Below, piece after piece: positions 46,548 to 61,540 of a stretch of DNA of 64,000 bases. Within the stretch, counting starts at the first letter, position 1, and each line of letters starts with the position of its first letter. The notes beneath the pieces were generated by a model. It did not search any database. It was not told the origin of the DNA and saw only the letters and a list, made by a program, of their open reading frames with translations. A program made the position numbers and the translations under genes. Source of the DNA: Eledone cirrhosa (lineage: Eukaryota). The DNA lies in the NCBI GenBank assembly GCA_964016885.1, contig OZ024749.1:45880001-45944000 (forward strand), in the 5' to 3' direction.

Positions 46548-47235
46548 GATTATAAAGAAGCACACATATATATACAGATACATCCACTGTCTAACTTCTC
46601 ACCTTTTTGTGTACAGATGTGATGGGAGAGAGCAAAATTCAGGAATAAACAATGTGCAATGATAAAAATAACAAACAAAATCCAACCACTACAACACCTT
46701 CAGGAAACTCCAACTTTGTTTGAACCAAACCATTGAACACTCACTCCAGTTACATGCCACGGCCAACCAGTAAGCTCATGTGCACACAAAGTCTGTACAA
46801 CATACTTCTACATAGTTGTCTAAGCAAAACACCTCATTTAACAAACACATTTCACGAAAAAATATAATACAGGAATAAAAGTTAAAATATAATGATACCA
46901 ATAAATGAAAGCAAAATATTAAAAGCTAAAGCAAGCCAATTGGATTAACGCCGAACACTATATAACAAGATCGATAATATTGATATGCTTATCAATCTGT
47001 TTTCATTCAACGTTCTTTTAAAGTTTCACAATTCTTTTTATATGCTTATATTTGTAGAATATGATAACATCATATCAACGTACTAATATTATCAACAACG
47101 CTATGTATAGATATCATTAATAAGATATATGTTGCGTATCTGTGCAAGTCTGGTATTCATATGTATTTAAGAAATGATTTCAGGTAGATATTAAACAAAT
47201 TTCAAAATCACAGTACGATAAAAGGTTCATATATA

Positions 47236-47271
<36 letters not shown>

Positions 47272-47348
47272 TGTATGTATGTGTATGAACTTTCAACCGT
47301 CAAGGTGGTTTTTCTACGGGTATGTCAACATTTATAAAACATATTTTG

Positions 47349-47413
47349 TATTTTATCTGATGAAAGAGCACCAAATTTGCCTTGGTTGCCGTTAAAATAT
47401 ATATAATAAAATA
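47349..47413 (+). ncRNA. Degenerate hammerhead, family A (GAAA changed to AAAA)
   Basis: tattttat-CTGATGA-aagagcaccaa...ttggttgccgtt-AAAA-tatata-ta-ataaaata. Stem I is a perfect 8 bp, but core G12 is lost. Confidence 0.6.
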
Positions 47414-47451
47414 ATTATGGTTTTATAAATATAGTTTCCATTTATTAATAA

Positions 47452-47497
<46 letters not shown>

Positions 47498-48200
47498 GAG
47501 AGAGAGAGAGTTAGAGAGAGAGAGGCAGAGAGAGAGAGAGAGAGAGGGGGAGAAAGAAATTAATACGTGTAAGATCTCAGAGCTGTAGGATTAATCATTC
47601 ATATAGTGATCACATCTTTTCACCTAACCCTCGTATTATGGTACACATATTCTTCTTTTCCTCATAGGGGTGGAAAGCTGAGTTTCTGATGCATCATTGC
47701 ACTGCTATAATATATGAGATCCATACGGTCATCTTCATTTATAATGTAGATGTAATTAGTAGTTTCCTATGTCCTGATCTCATACAATTTTGGACATGGA
47801 GATTTTTCGATCTTTCAATTGTCCGTTTCTGGTTAGTAGGAGAATGTGCATTCAGTATAGTGACCGAACAATATTAATCATGAATATTGTAGTATCTCTA
47901 CTACTTATAATTGTGAAATCTAAATATCAATTGTAGCTATTTACCCTGAATTGTCCCAATACATTTTGTTTGCTACTGTTCACATCGGATGAGAGGTCTA
48001 TCTAGTCAGATGGTCCACGGGAGGTTATCATTAAAACAGCAAAAAAATGTAATAGTAATTACATATTGGAATAACACAAAACATACACAACCACATACAC
48101 ATACATACAGACATACATATACATTCATATATATATATATATATATATATATGAATGTATATGTATGTATGTATTTGTATGTGTTTGTGTGTGTTTTGTG

Positions 48201-48253
<53 letters not shown>

Positions 48254-48258
48254 TATAC

Positions 48259-48411
<153 letters not shown>

Positions 48412-48571
48412 AACACACACAAACAGATATATATATATAAACGAATAACTTAATACATATATATATACAATTTATACGTAGATGCATATATCCATCCCAC
48501 CATACATACATACTTACATACATACAAACATATATATATACATGCATACATACTTATATATACATACTTAA

Positions 48572-48630
<59 letters not shown>

Positions 48631-49669
48631 CATAGATACATACTTGCACGTACATTAGAATTTCGAGGTCATAAAATATACATATATCTACTATTAACGT
48701 TCTCTTATTTTCTGATTTACGTTTTTAAATATCTCTTTCGAGGAGGAGATCAGCTGTTTTACATAAACGACCGTTAGAATGTGTTAATTTACGTAATCCT
48801 TGCGTATAAATTTTCTACGCTTTCCTCATTTGTCTTCTGCTCTGGTTTACATTTGCTGAAATCTCAGTTCAATCATCTAATTTATAAGTCCTTTTCAATT
48901 CCCAGACCACGCATCTCCAGCTGAGCTGTTTCTATACTTCCCTGTCAGTATTGTATGAAAAAATGCATTTATTATGCAGTTTCCTCTCTAAAATACTTAC
49001 ATCAGCAGTCCTACTTCTTATCACGTGTTCCTGCATACGTGAGTTCAGAGTTCTAGTGTTGCGTTAATTTGAAGTTACAACCATTGTTGTTGGCATCTGT
49101 TGGAGGCTTCTTTTGTGCGACTGTTTGTATTTGAATAAGAGATCATGTTGACATGCGGGACTGAATGGGTTAAACAATTAGAAACCTACTTAATCCTAAG
49201 AAAAAAAAAATTATTTTCCTTCTTACAAAGCTGCAACCCAATAGGGGGTTGAAGAAAAGCGCTAAATTGGAAATGATTAGATATGCAACATTTCTTTCTG
49301 TGGATAAAATAAAGAAGTTTCTTCCCTTGGTTTGAGATGAAATGCTTTTATCGTAGTATAGTTTCGAATCTAGCTTATGGAATGAATTCAAAATATTGCG
49401 TTCTGATTACTACCAGAGTTTTTTAAAGATGTGTATTATAATATCATTGCATTGTAAAATGTGTTAATTTAAACAAAACTGATTTCATAATTAAAGCAGA
49501 ATGTCAGAATATGTGGAGAAAAGCCAAAGTTGTTTAATTCAGCTTCATTTTATCGGTCTTAAAAGCAGTCAGTGGATTTTTGAAGTTCAAATATTCCATT
49601 ATAAGATACAGCAATGTAAAATGCATTACACATCACACAATAAAATTCTAAATATATTTATACATAGTA

Positions 49670-49865
49670 GGCTCCCGCCACTAGAAATGACGACCGTTCA
49701 TTACAAAGTTAATCCCCAAGTATAGTAGCTACTCATTTTCATCTAAGTTGATTGGAGCAACAAGAAAATAAGTTTCTTTACTGGGGAACACAACGTGTCA
49801 CCCAGACCATGTATCAAAACCACAACATTGCTATTGTAGTTGCATCACCTTACCACTAGGCTACA
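49670..49865 (-). mobile_element. Degenerate copy of the second SINE family
   Basis: tactcattttcatctaagt...gaacacaacgtg...caccttaccactagg is collinear with 9270-9425. Confidence 0.55.
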
Positions 49866-50710
49866 ACGACTCATAGTAAAATATTACTATTCAGCATATA
49901 TACGGTACAGAATTACCAATACCAATGGGTGATCAATGATATATTCTATACAGAAAGCAACTGAAAATTCTAGTTATAGAAAACAAAATAAAAAGGATGG
50001 TTAAATCTGTCAACATTGAAATTCCGGCTGAAAAAATTCATTCTGAAATTAAAACTAGCAAAATATAGACCAGTTAAACATGGATTTATTACGTTCATCA
50101 TTCAACGAGTAAAATACGTAACAATTTATGCCTTTAGTTTTCACTCTTTCTCGTTTTCCCGTTCTGTCTCTCGTTCTGTCACTCACTCTTTCACATATAC
50201 TTGAAGATTGAAGGCACTCGCATCGTTACATATAAATACTCACACACACATGTTCACAATGTCATGTTATATCTACGTGTCTAATTGAGTAATAAAGTGC
50301 TTATTTGCATATATTTCTGTGTATTTAAATTCCTTTACCGAAACATTGCCACATAACACAACATAACAAAGATGATGTGTAATTCATCCTGTCTCTCGTA
50401 ACATTTTAACATCGATTCAACATTGATTTTTTTTCTTTAATTATCAAGCGCAACAAGCTGTATCAGACAAGCCCGGTGTTCATTTCACGCATTCTTTTGC
50501 ATATCCCCCTCTTCATTTTCCTATGGCTTGCACTTATTCGCTTGATTATTTTTATTTTTATATGGTAAGTTTGTTTCATGATTCGCATTTTTGTTGTTGT
50601 TGTTGTTGTTGTTTTCGTTTGGTTTTGCTTCATCTTCCCTGCATGCGGCCCTTCCTTACAATCCTGCAATGACATCCACGCATGAAATATAATACAATTC
50701 TATTTGGCTG

Positions 50711-50798
<88 letters not shown>

Positions 50799-50971
50799 AA
50801 TTTCTGTGTTTTTTATAATAGACTATTTCTATCTTTCTGATAATTTTTTCAAATCATTATTTTCCGTCACTTCCCCACACTCATTCTCGTTCTCATTTTA
50901 TTTGCTTGCAATTTTGTATCTTTATTTATGGTTATATCGAACTATCTAACGTTCACACAATCTCTCTTTTC

Positions 50972-51136
<165 letters not shown>

Positions 51137-51289
51137 TGCATATATGTATGTTTCTATGTGCGTGCGTATGTGTATGCCTGTGTTTTAACCGCATAGACTC
51201 ACACGCACATGTATATATGTATGTGTATATGTGTATATATATGTGTGTGTGGGTGGGTGTATGTGTGTGTATGTGTGTCTGTTTGTATG

Positions 51290-51346
<57 letters not shown>

Positions 51347-51669
51347 CTCTCTCTTTCCATGCCACAGTTAGTGAGTGTGGGTAAATCGATGACTATGTGA
51401 CTTTATATGATGTTTTTGTTTTGAAGACAGTATGTGTGTGCATTGTCTCTCCTTCTCCTGCTCTCTCTATCCCCCTCTCCCTCTTACTCTCGCTCTCTCT
51501 CTCACTATCTATCTCTTCTTTATCACATCTTATACTGGAATACCACCATTCCATCATACAGTAACCACCATCACCGAGTCCCACTACCATATCACCTACA
51601 TCACACAGTTCCATAATCAGCCGTATCATTTTCACTCAGACACTCCATTTCAATCCACTCATTTACTCT

Positions 51670-52042
51670 ACATCACACTACACCACACCACACCAAACTA
51701 CACCACACTACACCACACCACACTACACAACGCCTCTCAACACCACACCACAGCTCCCCACACCATAACACACCACACTATACCACACCACATTACACTA
51801 CTCCACACTATTCCACACTACATCCTACTGCATCACACTACACCACACTACACCACCACACCAAACTACCCCACACCACACCACGCTTCTCAACACCACA
51901 CCAATGCACCCCACACCACACCAAATCTCCCCTCACCACACCACACCACAACACACTGCACCACACAACACCATACTACTCCACACTACACCAAACTACA
52001 CCACACCGTAATACTACACACTACACCACACTAGACCACACA
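51670..52042 (+). repeat. Degenerate pentanucleotide (CACCA/CACTA)n array
   Basis: caccacacca/cactacacca periodicity. It explains the His/Thr/Pro-rich ORF 51432-52034. Confidence 0.9.
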
Positions 52043-52589
52043 TCTGTGGAATGAATGTATCATTAAGCAATCAGTAGCACGTGGCTAATTCCTCGATTTT
52101 CCATGGATTTATCAAACGCACTACCACCGCGCCAATCCGGTGACTGAGGTATAGAGACCGAGCTTGTGTGCAAGTAAAAATGCTTCTGCAACGATGCATT
52201 GACCGTCATGTGAACAAAACATGATATGCTACGAATTTCGACATTTCACACGCGACGAAATGTTCGCGTCACGCACAGACTGCATTTCCGAAACTGTTAC
52301 CAAAATGCAAAAGCACGTTTAACAACTATTCCATCTGCTGCCCTTTACCACAATGTTTCAATATCCCTCTATACCTCTCCACTATACTGTACCTGTAATC
52401 CCCATCATACCCTGTACTTCTCTCTAAACCTCAGCTCCTAAACGAAATGCCATTAACGCTAGCACTCTGTTTGCGTGTCTGTATCTATGTATATGTTTGT
52501 GTCTATGTGTATGTGTGAGTTGAGAGATGAAGGTACGGTAGTGTGTTTCAGAGATGTGAGGCTGTAGTATGTGTGTATCTGCATGTGTG

Positions 52590-52648
<59 letters not shown>

Positions 52649-53216
52649 TTGTCTTCGTGCGTGTTTGTGTAAGTGATTGAAGGTCAAGAATAGATTTCAA
52701 CCTTTCGCTTGGTTTATTGCGGCTCTGTTTTGTGTTTGCTTTTAGCGAAGGAATTCCGGCACGCGAAAAATCGAGCGTATGACATTCACGACTCGGTATC
52801 CAGCTGTTGCGGATAAATTACTCTTAGATTGAGTGAATAATCATCTATATACATAATTTAGTCATGTGTACACCTACCCACAGAACTCTCAACTTAACTA
52901 TTGAGCCAACACTAGCGTCTTAATTTAATCAATAAATTTGCTAAACATAACAGCCAAAAATACTTCAGTTCAGAAGCATCGCTCTTTTAAAATAAAGGAC
53001 TACTATCCAATAATATTATGAGTCTGCAATAAATACAGTGTGATCAAAACTGAAAGGGTTTAAGTCATTGCCCTGCTTGGGGATTATCATAGACAATCGT
53101 TAATTAGAGAGATGTGAATTCACAAATTAAATTACATCATTGCAGCATAACTGTAATTATCGAAACAAGTTGATATATATATATATGATGTTAGATGAAA
53201 ACTCACCCACCCACTG

Positions 53217-53274
<58 letters not shown>

Positions 53275-53299
53275 TTACAGGAAAACGCACACAACCACC

Positions 53300-53394
<95 letters not shown>

Positions 53395-53520
53395 AGGCCT
53401 AATAATCACCACTTGGGGGCGGCCGACCGGGGTAGAAGATGCTAAATGTTCGGTCGCCCTACTTTCTCTGATTTTCAGCCCCATGGATTCTGTCTATTAT
53501 ATTCCTTTGTTATATTTCGA

Positions 53521-53578
53521 ATACCTGATGAAGTCACCGGATTCATACTGAACCCTGATATTGAAATTATCATAGTAT
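53521..53578 (+). ncRNA. Type I hammerhead ribozyme (separate family)
   Basis: Stem I atac/gtat. CTGATGA at 53525-31. Bulged stem II (gtca/tgat, gg/cc, ttca/tgaa). GAAA at 53563-66, near-palindromic stem III ATTATCAT, triplet AUA. Confidence 0.65.
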
Positions 53579-54328
53579 AAGAAGCCTTTTAAGGAATTAC
53601 ACCAGTCCAGCCTCCTGTTATTTTATAATAATTAACTCCGTACTCGCACCACCAACTACACAAACAAAGACGGGTGAGTTGCATCACGTTGAGGGCTCTC
53701 CATAATATTACATCGAGGTTGACCATACGGAATGACCAGTTCTATCCAGTGGTAAACCAACAAACATAAATATATATATATGTATCATGAGCGGTGAAAC
53801 TAGGAGGCCAAAGGGGCCATGGTACCCCCAATAATTATATTTTGTTCCCCCAAACTACAAAAACACTCACCTATTTGTATATGCGCTACAATTTATGTAC
53901 ATGTTATATTTATAGGGTATCTAAGTTCCTTTATATTTAATATGCAGGGTGAAGGGAAACAAATTTTTATATACAGAGGGGAATGGAAGAGAGCTCCGTG
54001 TAGTAGATATAGAGAGGGACAAAATTTGGTGGTTGTTTATATACAGAGGGGGATTTTGATCTAGATATAGTGAGGGGGGAGAGTTTTGTGTTAATTGATA
54101 TGGAGAGGTGGACTGGGAGAAAGTGCAGTAGATATAGAGACTTGGAGAAGTGGCTGTACATGTTTGCTAAAAATAGCATAAATGTACCCCCTAATTGACC
54201 CCATTCTGTGTTCTGAACATAATCAACAGCGAGATTGTCTGATTTCATATTAGTTGAAAACACGAAAATCATCAATTATTATCAATTTTATTTAGTGTTA
54301 ACTGCTTTAAAAAAAAAATATATATATA

Positions 54329-54450
54329 TGGACCATAACGCACCAGAGTACTCGATACTTAGGGTAGTAGAGTGAGTAATAGGAAAAAGGTCAGGACCCC
54401 GACGACTGAGCTCCTGCCGTTTTCGACGCCTAGATCTGATTCGTTTCCTA
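54329..54450 (-). mobile_element. Family X copy
   Basis: tggaccataacgcaccagagtactcgatacttagggtagtagagtgagtaatagg...gaccccgacgactgagctc. Ends with the inverted piece ttcgtttccta-(TA)n. Confidence 0.8.
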
Positions 54451-55107
54451 TATATATCAAACATCACGAGCGCTCTATCTCAAAACTATTTTTGAAAAGC
54501 ATTAGAAATGCGCAACCGGTTAAAACTTAAAACTAAAACTGAATACTAACCAATACTTATTACTAATTTATACTTATATACTTATTCCTAAATAAACTAT
54601 TTTTCACTGGGAAAAAATTCGACAGCATTTGCTTTATCTTTTTACTAATATTTCACAACTCGTGTGTCACACCTCTATTTTTTTAAAATATATATATAAT
54701 CCGTATGTAGAAGATGTGAAGCAAAGTTTAAAATACAAATTTTCAACGATATAATTCATTGGAAGCAGAGTCAAAATAATACAAATAGTAAAAACAATGA
54801 AATTAAGCAAAATACGGGTAATTCATAGTAAAACTCTTTATTTTCCGATCGTTTCTGAGTGGTAGTTCTCCGTATGTTCATTCTATTATTGATCTATGTA
54901 AAATATATTACAAATTTTAAAAGTAAGAAAATATACATACGTCTTCCCTACCCGCCGTCTTCAGAAATGATAGAATGAACATACGGAGGACTAGCCCCCC
55001 AAAACGATCGTAAAATAATGAGTTTTACTATGAATTGTCCGTATTTTGTTTAATTTCATTGTTTTTACTATTTGTATTATATATAATATATATATATTTA
55101 CTATTTG

Positions 55108-55141
<34 letters not shown>

Positions 55142-55418
55142 GGGGGGGGGGGGTGAAAGTGGTTGGATGTGTGAGGCCGGGTCAAATCACTCTAGGTACG
55201 TCACTTTCTAAACTAAACATTAATTTCTTTTTCTATATTTAGAGTTGAGCCACATAAATGGGGCAGGTTTGATTCCAGGATGGCGGCTAACGTGAGAAAT
55301 ATACATAAACAGGTGCGAATTTCATACGAAATGCACTTAATATGACATTATAGTTTGGTTGTATTAGTTCATGTTTTTGTTGTAGTTATTGGTGTTTCTT
55401 GAAGTAGCTATTGTTATA

Positions 55419-55544
<126 letters not shown>

Positions 55545-55568
55545 TGTGTGAGTCTGTGTATACATATT

Positions 55569-55632
<64 letters not shown>

Positions 55633-55780
55633 TATATATATCTGTGTGTGTGTGTATATGTATATATACATATATATATACGTATAAATATATAGATACA
55701 TACGTATGTATATATACTTATATATATACATATAAATATATACATACATATATATATAGTCTTCAATTTTATTATTATTA

Positions 55781-55851
<71 letters not shown>

Positions 55852-56654
55852 TATGTACATATTATTCCGTTTTCTTTTTTTATTCGGACTGTGTATTTCA
55901 TTCGTTCGTATAATATTCGCTCCATTGATTTTTACACTTGTAGATTTGTTCATCGGATTAAATCCTTTGTTCGTTCTGCTTCATTACTCCTTCGTTGTCG
56001 TTGTTGTTTATGCGTTAACGTTGTTGTTGTTACTGTTACTATTTTGGTGTTTCTATTTATTTATTCATTATTTTATTTTACTTTTTATTTTACATGATTT
56101 GGTACTTGGGTGCAATAGCTATTGTTTTGTTTTTGTTATAGTTGTTTTATTTGGGTGTTTTGTTTCTGTTCATGACAGTGCTGTTATTTTCCTTGCTGCA
56201 GTTGTTACCCTTTAACGCTATCGATAAAATGTGTTTCAGCAAATAGTGACATTGCTTTCAATAGCTTGCTTCGTCACAAATGTAAAATGGAGATCCTTAT
56301 TTCTAAATTATCTTAAGAATGTCTGAAGTATGCCGGCATCGGGGCTAAACAACATATATACACGCACATGAAATATGTGTATGAACTATGTAAACATGTA
56401 GGTACATACATCTAAGTAATCCATTTTTTTTTTTGCCTGCAACAATTTAAATCGAATATCAGTGAGATTGATCTTACTGATCTTGGCTGTGTTATGATAG
56501 CACTTTGTCTCTACTTTTTATTCTAGAGTTCAGATCTTTTTGCCTTCATCTTTTCTGAATCTATACAGTACTAAGCATTCATATGGTAACGATGTGAACA
56601 ATCATACCATGGTAAGTTCACGTAACCAAATCAGAGAGGAAGCTACGTATTGAA

Positions 56655-56765
<111 letters not shown>

Positions 56766-56776
56766 GAGGGAGAGAG

Positions 56777-56856
<80 letters not shown>

Positions 56857-58220
56857 GCAGATATAGAGTGCAAGAGAGTTAACGAAACGAACTGATATTT
56901 TAATTATTAATACCGAAGTAGACACTCGTCGAATGTGAACACAGCAAAGAAATGACGACCAACATAATAGCGCAAGCAATACTATCTGATCCTCTAACAG
57001 TTCGGACGAGTTGCCATCTTTATCCAAGTGTTGATTTTTTTCATGCATACGTTCCCTATTCAAATCTACCGAAGCTCAGAAATGATTACCATTTACATAC
57101 TCATACGTGCATTAAGCCGATTATATACTTCCCACGAATATTAGAAATCATTATCACCCGAAGTTCTTTGATGTGGGATAAACAGTCAACTACCAGATTA
57201 ATAAAATGAATGTGTTTAGGGTGATTTGTCTGCGTTCTACCATCAAGTCCTACCAACGATGACTAATATAATAACGAAAAGCTCATTGTATTGAATGTGG
57301 AAGACATGTTAGACACGGCAGCTAATTTCATGTTCAATTTTATTTTTGTTGATTTGTTTGCTTTTTTTATTCAGAAAATTTTAATTTATATTGCATTTAA
57401 AGAAAATATGAAAATAACCGGATCCCATAATTGTAGTATTATATAGACAGTCTCATATCAGTCTATCTTTGTCATAAAGCCCCACACATACTTAAAGGAG
57501 CATTAGGACAACAACCTTAGTGAGTTTTAGAGTTAGCTATACGGAGTGCTCATAATTTTAAACAATTCAATAATTTGGGCAAAGACGTGTGCATTTAAAT
57601 ATGGACATACTTTATTTTCATGGAACTTACCTCCATATGAATATAGTTTGTGTTTAGTGTTATATTGTAATATACATTATACAGTTAGGAAATATTGACC
57701 GCTTTAAAATTGATTTATGTAAACACATATGAACAGATACTTCTATAAGTTAATGTAAACTGGGCAGATATGGGTTAATGGAGTTAAAATAGGTTTTGGA
57801 CACAGGATTGATAGGGTTAAAATAAATTGTATTCACATTACAGAGTGAGGGTAAAGTAAGTTTATGTAAACACGTCTGAACGTGTTATGTTAGTTCTATG
57901 TGAACAAAACAAACAAAGGTTAACAATAGTATTAATATCAATAAAAGTGAGTTGACCTGTTATAGACTTATGTAGGCAATGCATGCATTTATATAAGAGA
58001 ACACATCTACGGGAGGTTCGTATATTTTCATGTAAACCGGGCTAAACGCGTACACTATAGATATATCTAAGCAACTAAGAGCTGTGGTTACTGTGGATTT
58101 ACGTAAATGACATGTCCTAGAGTTATTAAATCGTAAATTAATAGAACTTACTACGGATTAATTTAACTGTTCCCAAACCAATCTTGGAGTACTATAGGCT
58201 AATCCACACACAATTTGATT

Positions 58221-58259
58221 GTAGTTTTTAATATATCCCGCTCCGGTAAAAAATATATA

Positions 58260-58315
<56 letters not shown>

Positions 58316-58353
58316 TATATATTTTTTACCGGAGCGGGATATATTAAAAACTA

Positions 58354-58354
<1 letters not shown>
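58221..58354. repeat. Perfect 134-bp palindrome centred on (TA)n
   Basis: gtagtttttaatatatcccgctccggtaaaaaatatataataatttta, then (TA)n, then its exact reverse complement. Confidence 0.95.
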
Positions 58355-58389
<35 letters not shown>

Positions 58390-58543
58390 ATACTTTGGGA
58401 GGGTCATGTTGCCAATAAGAAACACACGCACCAGTTGCTTTCACTTCAATTTATTATATATTTATAAATTTATAAATTTACAAATCTACAAACTTATAAA
58501 TTTCTGGTTGGTTGGTTCCACAACCAGATAGTTGTTTATATAT

Positions 58544-58588
58544 AGTCATAGTCCTTTCATCACACACTCTGTGACCTCTTCAGCGACT
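58544..58588 (-). ncRNA. Minimal type I hammerhead in left arm of the 526-bp palindrome
   Basis: Reverse-complement copy of 58697-58741. Its one substitution (agtcg) keeps stem I paired through a GU pair. Confidence 0.7.
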
Positions 58589-58696
58589 AGGGATTCCTTT
58601 CTTTGTTTCTGTGCCTTTCCTTTCTTCTGTCCTACGCCATTTTGTTGGCGTAGGACAGAAGAAAGGAAAGGCACAGAAACAAAGAAAGGAATCCCC

Positions 58697-58741
58697 AGTC
58701 ACTGAAGAGGTCACAGAGTGTGTGATGAAAGGACTATGACT
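58697..58741 (+). ncRNA. Minimal type I hammerhead in right arm of the 526-bp palindrome
   Basis: agtca-CTGAAGA-g-gtcaca-gagtg-tgtgat-GAAA-ggac-ta-tgact. Stem I 5 bp, stem II 6 bp, stem III 2 bp, triplet CUA. Confidence 0.7.
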
Positions 58742-58961
58742 ATATATAAACAACTATCTGGTTGTGGAACCAACCAACCAACCAGAAATTTATAAGTTTG
58801 TAGATTTGTAAATTTATAAATTTATAAATATATAATAAATTGAAGTGAAAGCAACTGGTGCGTGTGTTTCTTATTGGCAACATGACCCTCCCAAAGTATA
58901 ACAATATCGGTTTCAACACACGATTTCAGATAAAGAATCTTGCTAAACAAATTCAGAAACG

Positions 58962-59145
<184 letters not shown>

Positions 59146-59366
59146 TTAGATATATCCCATTCTAGGTAAAAAATATAGGAAAGATGTAGTTGAAAATATA
59201 ATTGAAGTTTTTAAAAATGTATATTTACACCAGCTTAAAACTTTGCCGGTTTTACAAGTGTCAGACTTTTCTCTCAACTTAAATTAACATTTGAGAATCT
59301 TGAAACTTATGAAACCGGCGATGTTTTAATGTATCATAAATAAATATTGTTAAAGTCGGCAATTTC

Positions 59367-59561
<195 letters not shown>

Positions 59562-59962
59562 GTGAATGTGCTTTTGTGTATATATATACATATATGTACA
59601 CTCGAACACAAAGGACGCAGATTAAGAGGCAGATAAAAGGGGAGTTTTAGTCTGGAATACATTAATAAATATTCATAGAAAGACTAAATAAAAGAAAACT
59701 AACATCAAATAATAATAAAAATAATAAGTATGGTGACAATATTAATGATGACTGTCTATGAACTATGTTCAAAGAAAAACTAATGTAATACAAATGCATC
59801 CCATATACATTTGTATATGCATGCTCACACACTATCACAATAACACTCACAAATTCACACATGCAGGCGTGCATATACATACACATACGTTCGCATACGC
59901 ACACAAATCACACACTCTTTTATACACACGCATACACACACACACACATATATATATAAATA

Positions 59963-60013
59963 TAGCCGCCGAAACGGCTTGAGCTCTGCCGTCGAGGTCA
60001 TACTTTTTTCCTA
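59963..60013 (+). mobile_element. Family X short-arm fragment
   Basis: tagccgccgaaacggcttgagctctgccgtcgaggtcatacttttttccta between TA tracts. Confidence 0.75.
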
Positions 60014-60363
60014 TATATATAGATAGATAGATAGGTAGATCGATGGCTAGATAGATTATAATGTGTGTGTGTGTTTATATAAACATTCTATGGAGTGCCT
60101 TAATGGCTGAATATTTGAAGTCATTTTCAATACTATTTGATAGTACTTTATGTATTCTATTCCCCTAATTACTCTGTTTAATGATGAACAACACCTTTTC
60201 AAATACTTCTCTACGTTTCAGCCCAGTGCTAGCATCAATTCAAACGACGTATCCCTGTCCAGAAAATGCCGGCCTTATGCCTATTTTGGAACTTGTTATT
60301 GTTACTATAAATACCATTATACGTACACATCCCGATATTCAGACATATATATTCTGGAACACT

Positions 60364-60429
<66 letters not shown>

Positions 60430-61540
60430 GTATGTATATATATGCACGTGTGTTTGTCTGCATCTGTGACTGTGTCTGAATGTTGAATGTGAGCTTGTAC
60501 GTCTGTACATATAGTGCATATTTTAGTGTATCACTGAGAATCAAATTGATCATCCTATTTTTAATGTTTTATTTTTCCTTCCCCTTCATCATACTCCTAT
60601 ATTCATTCTCGCTAAGCACTTTCTCTCAAACTCTCTCTTAATTTATGCTTTCCATCCCACCTTTATCCTTTGATCCTCCTTGATGTTGATCCAAGCGGGA
60701 AATTCAAACTAAGAATGAAAAAGGAAAGAAAAAATGATATATATCATAAAATAGGCATAGAACCTAAAAAGACATGTCGGCAATATGGTATGTTTTACGG
60801 TCAAATTGACATTTGAATCGTGACTGACATATCATTTTCTTTATTTCAATATTTCGTACACGTTATTTTTAGCTTGTTTTTTTTAATGATTTTCAAAGAA
60901 CTCTCACGCTCAATTAAACGCTTGTTCGTCAACATTTGATGCCATTACAAGTCTGTCGAGAGCTACTGATCAGAGAAAATCTAAAATATGCCACCATCCC
61001 CACAAAGAGCGATTACTTCAATAACAAGAACAACAGAAATAGCAGCAGCAGTACTACCACAGCATTAACATTGATAATAATAATAATAACATCGATATTG
61101 ACAGACATAAAGCAATAACAGCTGCACCACCTAAAATACCAACACCACAAACACCCACCCACCATAAAAAGTAAGAAAATAACAATAATAATAAAAAGGA
61201 GAAGAGTAAATAAAAATAACACCAACAGCAACATCAACAGCGTAACAAGAATCAGAATCGTAATCAACATATCACCTATACCGAAAATAAAACCAATATC
61301 ATCAAACACAGCAGCAGAAACATCACAACTAGGAACAACAACAAATACTGCATAAATATAAAATCAAACCATAAAGGAACAACAGATAACTACAACTGCA
61401 AAGGTAATTAGAATTTAAACTACAGGACTAACAGCAACGATAATGTCCCGTATTGTGCCAATAATAATTATATTCATTCGAAAATGTTCCGAATAGTGCA
61501 AACTATAATTATAATATTGTTGACAAATATGACCATAATA

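Larger units (their letters stand above)
58382..58907. repeat. Near-perfect palindrome (258/262-bp arms, 6-nt loop), probable inverted pLTR pair
   Basis: Arms are 58382-58639 and 58646-58907 around the loop ttttgt. By eye they differ by 2 substitutions and one 4-nt aacc unit. Confidence 0.95.

Noticed and set aside
47669-47877. Acceptor-like ttcttttcctcatag followed by an open frame
   Set aside because: The peptide is unrecognisable and the donor is marginal.
48790-48930. Minus-strand QKTNEESVENLYARI, reminiscent of LTR-retrotransposon gag
   Set aside because: Too short and interrupted by stops to support without a profile search.
51432-52034. 200-aa His/Thr/Pro-rich ORF
   Set aside because: It is explained by a degenerate 5-nt repeat whose period does not fit codons.
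53787-53855. ggggccatggtacccc hairpin resembling a MITE end
   Set aside because: No matching second terminus or TSD was found in the window.
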